Source: Klebsormidium nitens (lineage: Eukaryota; Plantae; Klebsormidiophyceae). Taken from it: 64,000 bases of DNA. The stretch spans positions 19,942-83,941 of the forward strand of contig DF237356.1 of the NCBI GenBank assembly GCA_000708835.1, written 5' to 3'. This document shows, piece after piece, positions 12,675 to 23,353 of this stretch. How positions within the stretch are numbered: the first letter of the stretch is position 1; each line of letters starts with the position of its first letter. The translations under genes were made by a program, and so were the position numbers. The notes under the pieces are model-generated. The model searched no databases, was not told the DNA's origin, and saw nothing but the letters and a program-made list of their open reading frames with translations.

Positions 12675-15600
12675 ATGAGCATCACAATGGTAGAAAGCCC
12701 TCAGAAACGCAGTTTCTCACCATCTCGAGACAAGAACGAAGCCAATCTTGCATGTGAAGGTAATTGATCTGTTTTGAAACTTGGAGTTCGCCTCAGTATC
12801 TAGGCTGGTTACTAGAAGGAAAGAAAGGCTAAAGAGTCTCTATGAAGTGCTCTTCTAAAGGGGCAGATTTTCTCTGTTCAAAGGGGAGTGACTTTGTTCC
12901 TATATAAGAGAGAGTGCTATGCATCAGGAATCAACAGCCCTATAGGCAAAGCCAGAAAGGCAACGTTTTGGAACACAGATACGTTTGTGAAACGGAAGAT
13001 GGGAAAACCACTGATGAAACTGAAAAGAGATCTGGATCTCCCATCTTAAAACTAATTTAGCTCGCTTCAATCCTTTACGCTGATAGGCTATGCACTCCAG
13101 AAAAGCTTGAGCAGAGGAGTCTGTTTTGTTTGACAGGCGAGCCAGTCGTGTCCACTGACAAGAAGCGGCGTGTGAGGGAACGGCTGAAAGAAGCCGAGAA
13201 GCGGCTGCAGAAGAACCAGCCAGTTGCACTGAGGTGGAGAGAAGCAGGCAAGGCACTGATGGTGAGCGCTTGATACCTCTGATTTACCTGAATCCGGTAC
13301 TCCTACCAAACCAGTGTTTTCCTATGTCCCATGATTTGTGCACGCCATATCTTATTTGAAGAAGACAAGCATCGGGTGATTAGTCAAACGTCAAGTTCGT
13401 TCATTTCTTTTGTGAGTTGACATGGAAGGCTGTAGAGTCGCACATAGGGAAAGCGTGGGACTGCGTTTCCTTAGTGGCCGGATCAATACAAAGATTCAGC
13501 TGCAAAGTCAGTTGCCTCGTGTCGTGGAAACTCAGCAGGGTAAGCTTTTTAGGTCGTACTTTCAATACGAGTACAAGGTGAGTTGAATCTGAGTAAGTCT
13601 TTCCTTACAACGGCCACAGCCCTCCTCCTCCGCCTTACGTTCTCAGAATTTTAATCGCTCCACTAAGGTATTCTTTTGAACGTCCTTCGTTCTTGGCTTG
13701 CTCATCAGATTCCATAAGATTCAACCAGGACGCCTCATGCCGTTTGACTCCGTCCCTGAAAGACCAAAGCTCCTGTTATTCAGAGTATCGTGAGCCACAG
13801 TGCCTCGGTTTTCTTGGGCTCCTGTCCCATAGGGACAGGAAAGCTCCAAAGTGTTTCATTGATGAAGAGGCAACCATTTCGGAAGGGAATTTTGTTTCCT
13901 TCTGAACCGCTGTACTTCACGCCGCTGTTTCCGGGAGGTCATTCTTGAGAACCTAACCGTCCTGCGAAACAAATTAACAGCCGTGCTATCAAGTGAGGCT
14001 CTTTCTGAACCGCTGAAGCTTGCGCCATTGCTCCCTGCAGGTCATTCTCGAGGTCCTAACCGTCTCGCGATATAGGTATACGGACGTTCTTTCAAGTGAG
14101 GCTCTCTCTGAAACGGTGAATCTCGCACCATTGCTTCCACAGGTTAGTCTCGAGAATCTCAATAACCGGCCTGCAAAATAAATCGATAGACGCTTCTCCA
14201 GATTAGCCTCCCTCTGATCCACTGGGCCTCGCGCCGTTGTTCCCTGCAGGTCATTCTCGAGGACCTAACCGTTCTACAGTACAAGTTTACGGACGCCCGT
14301 GGCCCGCCGGACGTCCAAAGCATCAAGATCGATCACTCCGTGGCGGACCAATCCCAAGAGCGGCTTCTATCAGGTAATTGAACGGCCTTCATCGCCGCCG
14401 AGTAGACTTATAAGTGGTGCGGCCACCCCGTCACTGCTTGGTCGATCTCGTGGCCAACGAAGACCTTGAAATCATTTTTGTCAGAGGCGTGCAAGCTCGC
14501 TGTAATTGGTAGATCGATGGACTAAGCGGGTCGGTGTGTATCTGCTGGGTTCGCTCCTTCGAAGTTCCGTTCAGAGCGGCAGCGAAACTTAACAAACACC
14601 TTGTGCATCAAGGGCCCTCCCGCTACTCTCCGCTCGCTGTGACAGGTCTTCAGGTGCGTTGACAGATGCGACGTCTCTAATCTTCGCTTTGCAGCTACTC
14701 CCAAGTGCTGCTTCTCATGTCCGTACTCAGATCGGCGAAACTCTTGCGAACATTTTCGAACCTGTCCGTACTCTTACGAGATTCGTCCGCCCCTTTCCGT
14801 GATACTCGCCTTTTGCAAAGGCGGATATTTGAGTCCGTCATTTCCTCCTTGTCCATTTGCTGGCAACCCGACCGTCCCGTTTCCGTTCCCAATACGCACC
14901 GACATCGACGTCACCTGCCAGCTCATGGTGGCCAGCACCCGCACCGGACGCCTCCTCCTCTTCAACGAGCGCAAGCACAAGTGTCGTCCGTTTGTCCGCT
15001 CTTACCCTAGCGTTCCGTTTCCGTTCTCAATCCGCACCGGACACTATCTTCATGGGCCAGCTCATCGTGGCCAGCACTCGCAACCGTCGCCTCCTCCTCT
15101 TTGACGCGCGCAAGCACAAATGTCGTCCGTCTCTCCGCATTGACAACACCGTTCCGTTTCCGTTCCCAATCCGGCAGCGGACATTGACGTCACGTGCCAG
15201 CTGATGATGACCAGCACCCGCAACTGTCGACACCTCCTCTTCGACGCGCGCAAGCACACACGTCTTCGTTTGCCCGCTTTACTTGACGTTCCTTATGTCG
15301 TCCATTTGTCCGCTGTTGCCCGACCGTTCCGTTTCCGTTCCAATGTGCAGCGGACACTGACGTCACGTGCCAGCTCATGGTGGCCGGCACACACAACGGG
15401 CACGTCCTTCTCTTCAACGCGCGCCAGCTCGAGACCAACTCTTAAGTGCATCATCATCGGGCTTTCAGCTTTCCAAAAATTCGTTCCGTTTCCGTTCCCC
15501 ATCCGCAGCGGACATTGGGGTCACGTGCCAGCTCATGGTGGCCAGCACCCGCAATGGTCGCCTCCTCCTCTTCGACGCGCGCAAGCACGAGCGGGGTGCT

Positions 15601-18600
15601 GCGGGCGACCACCTGGGCGCGTCCGGCACGCGCCTGCTGGAGGCCCTGGTAAGAACACGTGGCGGCTTGAGACTTGCTGAGAATGGCGTACGGCTATCTT
15701 GATTTCATCCAAAGACAGACACGGTTTTGCTGGAAAGCTACGGCCTGTTTTTGTCATTATCCTGATTTGCGGGCCTAAGTTCTCGCGGTGGCCCTTTTGG
15801 TGCGTTGGCTGCCCTCTTGGAGCTCCTTCCTAACATTCATCCGCTGAATTAGTAAAGAGGGTCGAACTCGATGAAAGGTCGATCACATAATCTCGAACTG
15901 CGGCAACCTCAGCACGAGATGAATTGTCTGGCCAACCAGGATTTTTCTGACGTTGACTGGGCGGATATCAGGGGTCATGAGGAAAACAGTTTTACTTCGA
16001 ATAAGGGAGCCTTCAGGTCTGCCTTGCCTTCTTGTAGCCCCTTTTCATTCCAGTGACAGACGAGACAATCTGTTTGAAATGACACTTAGGTCCCAGTACT
16101 TGATATTCAGCTCGAACTGATCGTCTCGGTCCTTGCGCTCGTATTTCTTCTTGCACAATTTAAGCAAAACCCGGGCGTTCTGACTGACGAAGAAAGTGCC
16201 CGCAGCTTTCCGCATTTCGATCGATAGTTGAAGAATAAGAAGACTCTAACTGGGACGGGTGGCGTTATTCGAAGGGTAAGGGTGGGTGCGGATGCGAGTA
16301 CAGGTGCAGGGCGCGATAACCTCTGGTTTAGCTTATTCGTTAGCCCCAATGCGTATTGTTCACTGAGCCCATTGTTAACCAAACCGCGAACTATTTGTTT
16401 CGCAGACGGCCAGCTCGGTGGCCCTGCCCGGCCCCGCCTCGCGCGTGCGCATTAATTGCAGCAGTGACCTCGTGCTCGCGCAGTGCGGCAGCCACGTCGT
16501 CATCATCCACGTCACGAGCGGCCCCCAGGGGTGAGTAAAACGGAGCAACTTTATTCGTTTTCGTTTGGATACGGTTGACAGTTCCAAAACAGTTTGTCAA
16601 AGGAGGTCCCAGTGTTTTGGCGCAAGAAAACAATTGGGCGCCTATGGTGGCTAGTCTAGATAAGGTTCAATGGTCGTCCGAAGCGCCTGGTATGTAGCGA
16701 GTCCGTGCTTATTGCAAGCACTATAGCCCGGTTTCGAAAGGTTGGACATTATTGTCCGGAGCATATTTGTGCAGGAGACTTGAGTGAGCCGGTTCCAGAC
16801 TCGGCGCACATTGAAACAACTGGGCGATCTGTCTTAGCCTGATCTTCTTTCGTATGAAGGGAAGGTACAAAGTTTCTGTCATCTGGTAAGCTTATTTCTT
16901 TCGGTCCGGGACAAGAACAATTGAACAAAAGTTCTTTGTCGCTTTCCGCAGCCGCAAGAGCGGCCCCGCCGTCCGCCAGATGTTCCTCTCCCCGGAGGAG
17001 GCCGACAAGGCGCGCGCGCCCACCGTCACGGATGACGTCATCTCGTGCCGCTTCAGCCGCCACCTGCCGAACCGCGTCCTCGTCGTGCAGCGCGCGCGCG
17101 CGCAGGGGACCTCGCTGGAGTTCCTGGCGCGCGCGTTCGAGTACCGAGAAGCCGAGGTGGGCCGCTGACGTCCTAGCATCCGTCATTCTTACGTCACCCT
17201 AGATCTCGCTGGCTGCTCGGTATCTGCCGGACTTTTGTTGGTGATTGACCGGAAAGGCATGTACCGAGCGGAACGCCCTCGACGCGGCTATCGGCTGCTG
17301 ACGTCACCATGTCAGGCATCCTGACACGACTCTTAAGTCTCAGGATCTCTGAGCGGTCCTGACTTTCGTATCCACACGTCGAGGCAGTCAGTAAGCATTC
17401 GAGATGCACAGCACTCCAGAGCTGCCCGGATCCCGCTGCTAGTAAAAAGTTTTAGGCATTAATTCGAACGGCCGTCCGGTTCTTTTGTAGAAGCCCAGTC
17501 GTCTTTCATTCTGAACTGCAATCAAGAGCATGCTTGTCAAGCCCGCAATCTCCAACTTTGTCTGTTTCAAACTTCGACTACTTGACGTTAAGAGCGACCA
17601 ATCAGAAGCATCAAGTCGCCGGGCGCCTCAAAAGGTCTCACGTTCCTGCTAATGGAGACTAGGACTTTCTTTGAAGTCGTGTCTTTCGGTGATTGTCATC
17701 CACCTAAGCCTTGATATCATAGCGTGAAGATCTTTCTGTGTCTTGCAGCGACAACTGGACTTGGTGACGTCATCCACCGTCGTCGGCCTCGAGAGCAACG
17801 TCACCGCCGTTGCTTGGAGCCCAAGGGAAGATCAGGTATGGACTCAACTTTGTGAAGTTCCCTAGGTTTCTCGGGATTTCAAAATCATAGAGCAATACGA
17901 CTTTTCAGATTCAATGTTGCAAGAGAGATGCCTTTTGAAGCTTGAGGTCCACAGGCTTGCTCTGCAAGGCGAGATAACCAGATCTTTGTTCCTCTGTCTT
18001 TCAAGTAAACGTCTCTGCCTCCGGATCTGCCATAAGTGCGAACATAACCGGGCTGCCGAATGCAGTACGAAATAGAGGCCATTTTCTATCACACGTCTGT
18101 GCTGACGTTCCAAACAGCACGGGCAGACAAATCAGATGCGTCCACCATTGCACTCAAATGCGGAGGAATCGCGTTGCGCTTGCCAGAGGAAGAAAGTGAA
18201 TGAGATCCGGAGATGCGACTTGAAAAGTAAGTATCCACCTGCGATAAGTGCTGACGTCAGCATCAATTGCCGACGCAGGTTGTTTTGGGCACGCGCGACG
18301 GGGGCATCTTTTTGCACGACCTCGGACGGGGCACGCTGCGGACGGTGCCGGGCTGCGGACGAGGAGAGGTGAGCGTCCGCCTTCGGATTCGGTAACTCGT
18401 CTTTACCAGCCAGATTCGGAGTCAAATGAAGTACTCCATTGCATCTGTGTTAAACTCGAGTTCGGCTCCTGTTTCTCGTTGGGGCTCCTTTGACTGCAAA
18501 GGAAGAAACTCTTATCTGGGGTTTCCGGAAACATGAAACGCTTCATGCGACACCGTGGAAAACAAAGCACACGTCTGAAATAGAATTCAGCTGAAGCAGA

Positions 18601-21600
18601 ACTGTACGCTCTTGCTTCTCAGACGGCACTTGCGAGGCTGCCTAGCAAAGCTCAGCTTCTGCAAAAGTTAAATTGAGACTGTAACTTTCCAGTGTACAAG
18701 AATTTTCTCGAGCACTCCGTATCGGTATTGACACCTCATGATCTCGTTCAAGAAGTCTCGTCGAAGGTATTTATGTGCCGATCTCGTCTTGCGTACCCAA
18801 CGTCTCAGGCACTCTGCTTTGTCTCCAGGTCGACTTGCTAACGTGGCATCCGGACGGCGCCCTGATCGCGGCCGCTTTCGGCAACGGCGAGGTTCTGTTC
18901 TTGGACGGTGCGCTACAGCGGACGGAATTGGAGTCCGATCTGAAGCCGGCGCTCGAGAGCCTACACCTGTCCAAAGTGCACGGGTGAGTGTACCGGGCAC
19001 TTCTTTTGAGTAAGCCGTGAGAGGTTTCCCGGACGCCCGACGAGCTGGTGTTTTGTTTCCAGCCCGTTAAGGGCAAAACGAGACTACTTGCAGGAGTTCA
19101 GCTGTAGATGTCTGACGGACTTGAGTGCCTACACCTGTTCAAGCTGCAAGGGTGAGTGTACCGGCCTAGTGATGGGTGATTGTATCAGATTCTACAGACG
19201 TCCGGTCAATAGATAGATCTCTTTTCTAGCTTTCCGAGTTCCGAAAGTGACTGATTGCGCACATTCTAGTTCGAATCGAAGAGTAGGACGGATTTGTAAG
19301 GCTGCACCTGTCCAAGTTCCTTGAAGCACAAGAGTGAGAGGAAGAGTGGCTATGCCAACCTTGAGACAGTCTACAGACACCCCGTCAACAGATAGGTTCG
19401 GAACGAGCGACAAAGGGCGAGACTTTTGCAGCACTTTTCAAGAATCTTATAGTGGGCGTACGGCATGCATGTACAACCTCGGTTGCATGGTGCCAAGACC
19501 CTTTGCGGCGCAACATCATTGCCGTTGAAAAGACCATAACGCCGTCGGAGATATTGGCTGACGTCAGGCAAACTTGAAGCCCACTTAAGATATACGACGG
19601 TTCGAGAGTCTTCACCGGTCAAGCTGCACTGTCGAGCCGTCCGAAGATACTGATGTAGAAATCCTACGAAGAACAGACAATTAAACCTCCCAACATTCAA
19701 GATTCCGTCAAATCCCCGAACGCGGCTCCTCTACCCTCTCTTCGTGCAATGCGAAGTCCTCCCCCGAGTGCGCTTGTGACATTGTCCAGCGTACGGTTGT
19801 TGCAGGTTTAAGTGTCACGTGGCGCTTTTCGAGTGGGCCGTTCAGCCGGCAAAGCCGGCGCCGGACTCCGCCGAGGGGAGTTGCCTGCACGCGGCGCTCG
19901 TGATGGAGCGGGGTCCGGTAGACGTGCTCCGCTTTCCGGTCCGGAGTTCCGGCGGAAGACTGAGGGCGAGGGACGTCGTAAAGCACTATATCGAGGACGG
20001 AACGCCGGAAAAGGCGAGTGCTCCCAAGCTCCCAGTGGGGCGGGGGAATTCGGTAATCTTTTGACGATTATCAAAGATCTTTTTCCGGAGGAGCGACTGA
20101 TCGGAACGAGATTCGGAAACTTGGAGATGATTTGGACAGGGATGTCGGACTTCCTTGTTGTGACAAGGCAATCGCGGCTTTAGGAGAACCTGGGTTCTGT
20201 GCTCGGGGCTGAGAGCGTTCTAATCCAAAACTGCAGCTTTCTGAAAGCAGCCTGTCAGTGATAGTGGAAAGTTTAGTGTGAAGAAGGTAGTCGCCTACTG
20301 GTGAAGACAACTAATTCGTTATCCGACCGAGACATAAAGTGCAATTCACAGCAGAATGGGTGCTAAAATTAGGCCCCAAAGTCTTGCCGTCGCTAAGCGT
20401 CTGTGCAGGCTCTCAAAGTGGCAGTTGTCCTGCCAAACGGCCCGACATCGGTTTCTAAACTAGGCATTGTAAGCTCAGATTATTGAAATGGGAAGGGTAG
20501 GGTTAGTAAGCTGGTTAAAGTGGGAACGGGTGCGGAGCGGTGAATATTCGGGTTTAGCTTCTTAGTGTTAGCTTCGTTCGTACTACAATATGAGCTTACT
20601 ATAAGAAGTGCTGGCCTGACCCTTATTCTGAAGCTAAACCCTTCTTGCAGGCACTCGAAGTCGCGGCCGCCCTGCCCGATGCTCTCGAGCGCTACCACTG
20701 CCTGCTCCAGATCCTGCCGGCCCTCCTGCGCCAAACCCTCAAACCCCGCGCGGCCGACGCGCTCCTCGACCGCGCCGCGCAGATGATCGCTTCGCCCACG
20801 TGGGATGACGTCAGCCCGCAGCAGCGGGAGGCGCTCCGCGCGCTGGCGCGGCGGTACGGCCAGAGACTGATCCGCGCGGGGTGCGCGGAGCGCGCGTTTC
20901 GACTGGGAAGAAAACTGGAGGTACGATTCCGTTGGAAAATGTTGTTTGGCGGGAAGAACTCTCGTACTGGGGTCCTCCCTCATGAAACAGAGAGGAAGTG
21001 GGGGTGTGACATCGGTTGGAACTTTTCGGAAAATCGTTGCGAAGAGGTTTCGTTGCTTGGTTTCTTGACTATTTCGAAAGGAGGGCGGCCATGGATCGTG
21101 AAGCTTTCTTGGCGATGAGAGTGATTCGGTTGGCGCCGGGGCGGGACTTTCGCTCTTTTTCCTGCGCCTTTCTCGGATACCTTTCTCGGTTGAATTTGAT
21201 TTTTGATTTTTTGATCGCAGACGGCCAAGATCAGGAATCCTTCCCCGTTTTCCAAACGACTTCTCCAAGATGAGATCTTGTGGGGCTTTCAAAAACAAAG
21301 TCGTTCCTCTAGTCAGATACTCGAGCTTGTAGAATGCGAGAGCACTGTACCATACTGCCTTTCGAAAGAGCCAAAACCTTTGGCTCTTGGCCATCGCGAT
21401 TCCGGCCTTCCCTCCTGCAGGGGCGCACGGAGGCTTTGGTAGAGGGACCGGATTACATGCCCCTTCTGATTCGTTGTATGCGGTTGCGATTAACCTGGTG
21501 TTAACGTGACACTTGGAAAGCTCGTAGTATGCGGCTTCGGTTTACCCTGGCTTTTGGGACAGCTGGAAAACTAAATCGCGCAAGCTTCTTGAGCTTTCCA

Positions 21601-21869
21601 TGATAATGTTTATTCCATGAGACCTTCCGAAAGGACCAAAGCCTCTTGTTTCTTGTTTCTTGTTTCTTCGGAAGGACGACGCTCTCCTTTCGGACGTCCT
21701 CGTTTGGGCCGTCCGAAACGACGAGGCCCCGCTTGCGGACGCTGTGAAGCGCCTCATTGTGCAACCGGCTTTGGGAAACCGGGACGCCGGCGGCGGTCCG
21801 CTTTCCGCGGCCGCGAGCTTGCCGACACCCTCCGAGTTCCGCGCGTTAAGTGCATTAGCTGTATGGTAA
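12675..21869 (+). CDS. WDPCP: WDPCP/Fritz (CPLANE subunit, WD40 plus helical C-terminus), ~600 aa; 5' end uncertain
   Basis: Exons 12675-12759 (tentative), 13137-13261, 14250-14373, 15509-15648, 16406-16530, 16952-17156, 17749-17835, 18279-18368, 18829-18983, 19806-20013 (GC donor), 20651-20920, 21675-21869; all phase-consistent. Colinear with recalled human WDPCP: VRERLKEAEKRLQKNQPVALRW ~ LRDSLKELEELMQNSRCVLSKW; WHPDGALIAAAFGNGEVLFLDGAL ~ CHPSGAILLVGSNQGELQIFDMAL; MERGPVDVLRF ~ FERGPLGVLLF; ARRYGQRLIRAGCAERAFRLG ~ ARRFFHHLLRYQRFEKAFLLA. Confidence 0.8.
13901..14290 (+). repeat. Tandem ~103-bp repeat x4 = 3' splice site plus start of WDPCP exon 14250; the last copy is the real exon
   Basis: AG|GT(C/T)A.TCT.GAG junctions at 13938, 14041, 14143 and 14250, each preceded by a TCTGA..C.CTG..CT.GC.CC.TTG.T.CC block. 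Confidence 0.85.
14860..15590 (+). repeat. Tandem ~140-175-bp repeat x5 = 3' splice site plus first ~80 nt of WDPCP exon 15509
   Basis: CCGTTTCCGTTC(C/T)CAAT..GCA[G/C]CGGACA..GACGTCAC.TGCCAGCT.ATG recurs near 14900, 15038, 15178, 15351 and 15509. The copies translate as D.DVTCQLM.AST..GRLLLF.ARKH. Confidence 0.9.
18950..19340 (+). repeat. Copies of the 3' end and donor of WDPCP exon 18829-18983 in the downstream intron
   Basis: Real: GAGAGCCTACACCTGTCCAAAGTGCACGG|GTGAGTGTACCGGGC. Copy at 19123-19165: GAGTGCCTACACCTGTTCAAGCTGCAAGG|GTGAGTGTACCGGCC. A degenerate third copy lies at ~19288-19340. Confidence 0.8.
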
Positions 21870-23353
21870 AGTCTGCTGTCCTGTACAGCGCGTCTTGTGT
21901 CAGTCCGTTGTCTTGGCAACTATAGTACAAGTCTGCAAGAGGAGAAAGGCTTGACAAAAGCCCACAAATTATATGTTTCGGAGGGTTTGGTCGTCATCCG
22001 AGTCGCCTTTCAGGTGAATGAAACATAGCGGCGATTGCGAGTGGCCCGCTTTAAGAAATCAACTGGTTTTGGAGGGTTGACGGAGAACGCAAACAAACAC
22101 GAGTTTTTTGCTCCCCTAGAGAATGTACTAAGAGGATGTGGGAGTACTCGTGTAGAAGGGCGCAGACACTAGGGTGCCGGGATGTGACGGGCGAGGCTCT
22201 CTAGCATGTGGCAGAGGGCCTCGCACTGTCGGCTTCCCCGGGCCAGAATGAAGAGGGTTCTTTCAATCGTGGTCGTGATTTCCTATCCGCCAGAGCATGT
22301 ATGGCCCAGAAGACGTCCAGGAATAGATACTTCAGCGGGGCCCGCCATCATGCCACTGGCCGAACTTTTAGTGGCCCTAAGTTCCCCTTATCGAGCAAGT
22401 GGTATACTACTATGGCGTGGCCGACCAGCCTGCCTGGCATTTAACTTGGAGTATGCACAGCAACGAGAGCATGCAGGGCTTTGCTAACCAGACATCGGTC
22501 GTCTCGAAGCTTAGATCATTTCACACCGCGCACTCATTGGCCAGGCTTGGCCCTAAGAAGCTCTAGCTCACGGACTTTGCATTGAATATACCGTTTAATT
22601 GCCAATATGAGAGCCAGATGTCCGCCGGTACGTCCTCGGCGGCCGCCGTCGCGGCATGTGTAGACATATACATGCGGATTTCAGAATCCTCGAGTTAACG
22701 ATATACACCATGGGAGGCTAGGCATGATGAAAGGGATCTCATGTGAGTACGTACCAGTTAGTATCAAAAGCTATAGTAAGCTCATAAGTTCCATGAATGA
22801 ATTGCGGCCATGTGGAGCCGCGCCTGTGATACATCCGATCAACATGGCACGATATTCAACCGACCGTGCATAAGCCATAACACCGATTTTTCGCAGCTAT
22901 ATACGGCATGTGCGATCCTAGCAACTCACGAGGAGGCCCGCTGAGTCTGACTATCTTCTCGAGCTTTTGGTCGACACAAGCGCAGCACAACTTGAATCGT
23001 CACTGCTGGTGACAACATGATCAACATTGAAAATTAGCGTGGCAACATTACAAAACTTCTAGATTACCGTTTGCTATCGCTTGCAGCTATTATAGACCAG
23101 GGCCGCAGCCGCACTTCAACAGCGAGCTTAGGAAACCGCCTTGACTTTCCATGGGGCTTAACTTGACTTACATTCCTGTACATCGCACCAGACCGTCGCA
23201 CAACCTTCGTTCGCCCTTCGTTCGACTGTCCTTGTGAATGAGCCATCCGACACCTGCCCACGGGCTTGCAACGCCGGAAGTGTCCGTTCGAAGATTTTCG
23301 CAGCCGCTGCATTCATCCCCCGAACGCCTCCCACTTACGGACGCTCAAAACGG

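Noticed and set aside
13422-13539. ATG-initiated exon-like stretch with a GTAAG donor
   Set aside because: Phase-incompatible with exon 14250; exon 13137-13261 matches WDPCP and joins in frame.
13901-14290. Ankyrin-type coding repeat
   Set aside because: The period is 102-107 bp rather than 99, stops occur in the frames, and there is no ankyrin motif.
14860-15590. CRISPR-like repeat/spacer look
   Set aside because: Units are long, degenerate and derived from a host exon; the context is eukaryotic and there are no cas genes.
21085-21145. Possible old donor-side echo of WDPCP exon 20651-20920, and similar faint matches near 2925-2960, 28445-28490 and in kinesin introns
   Set aside because: Similarity is too weak to support by eye; it needs a scored alignment.
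20480-21394. 304-aa minus-strand ORF
   Set aside because: Antisense shadow of a GC-rich WDPCP exon with no recognisable domain.
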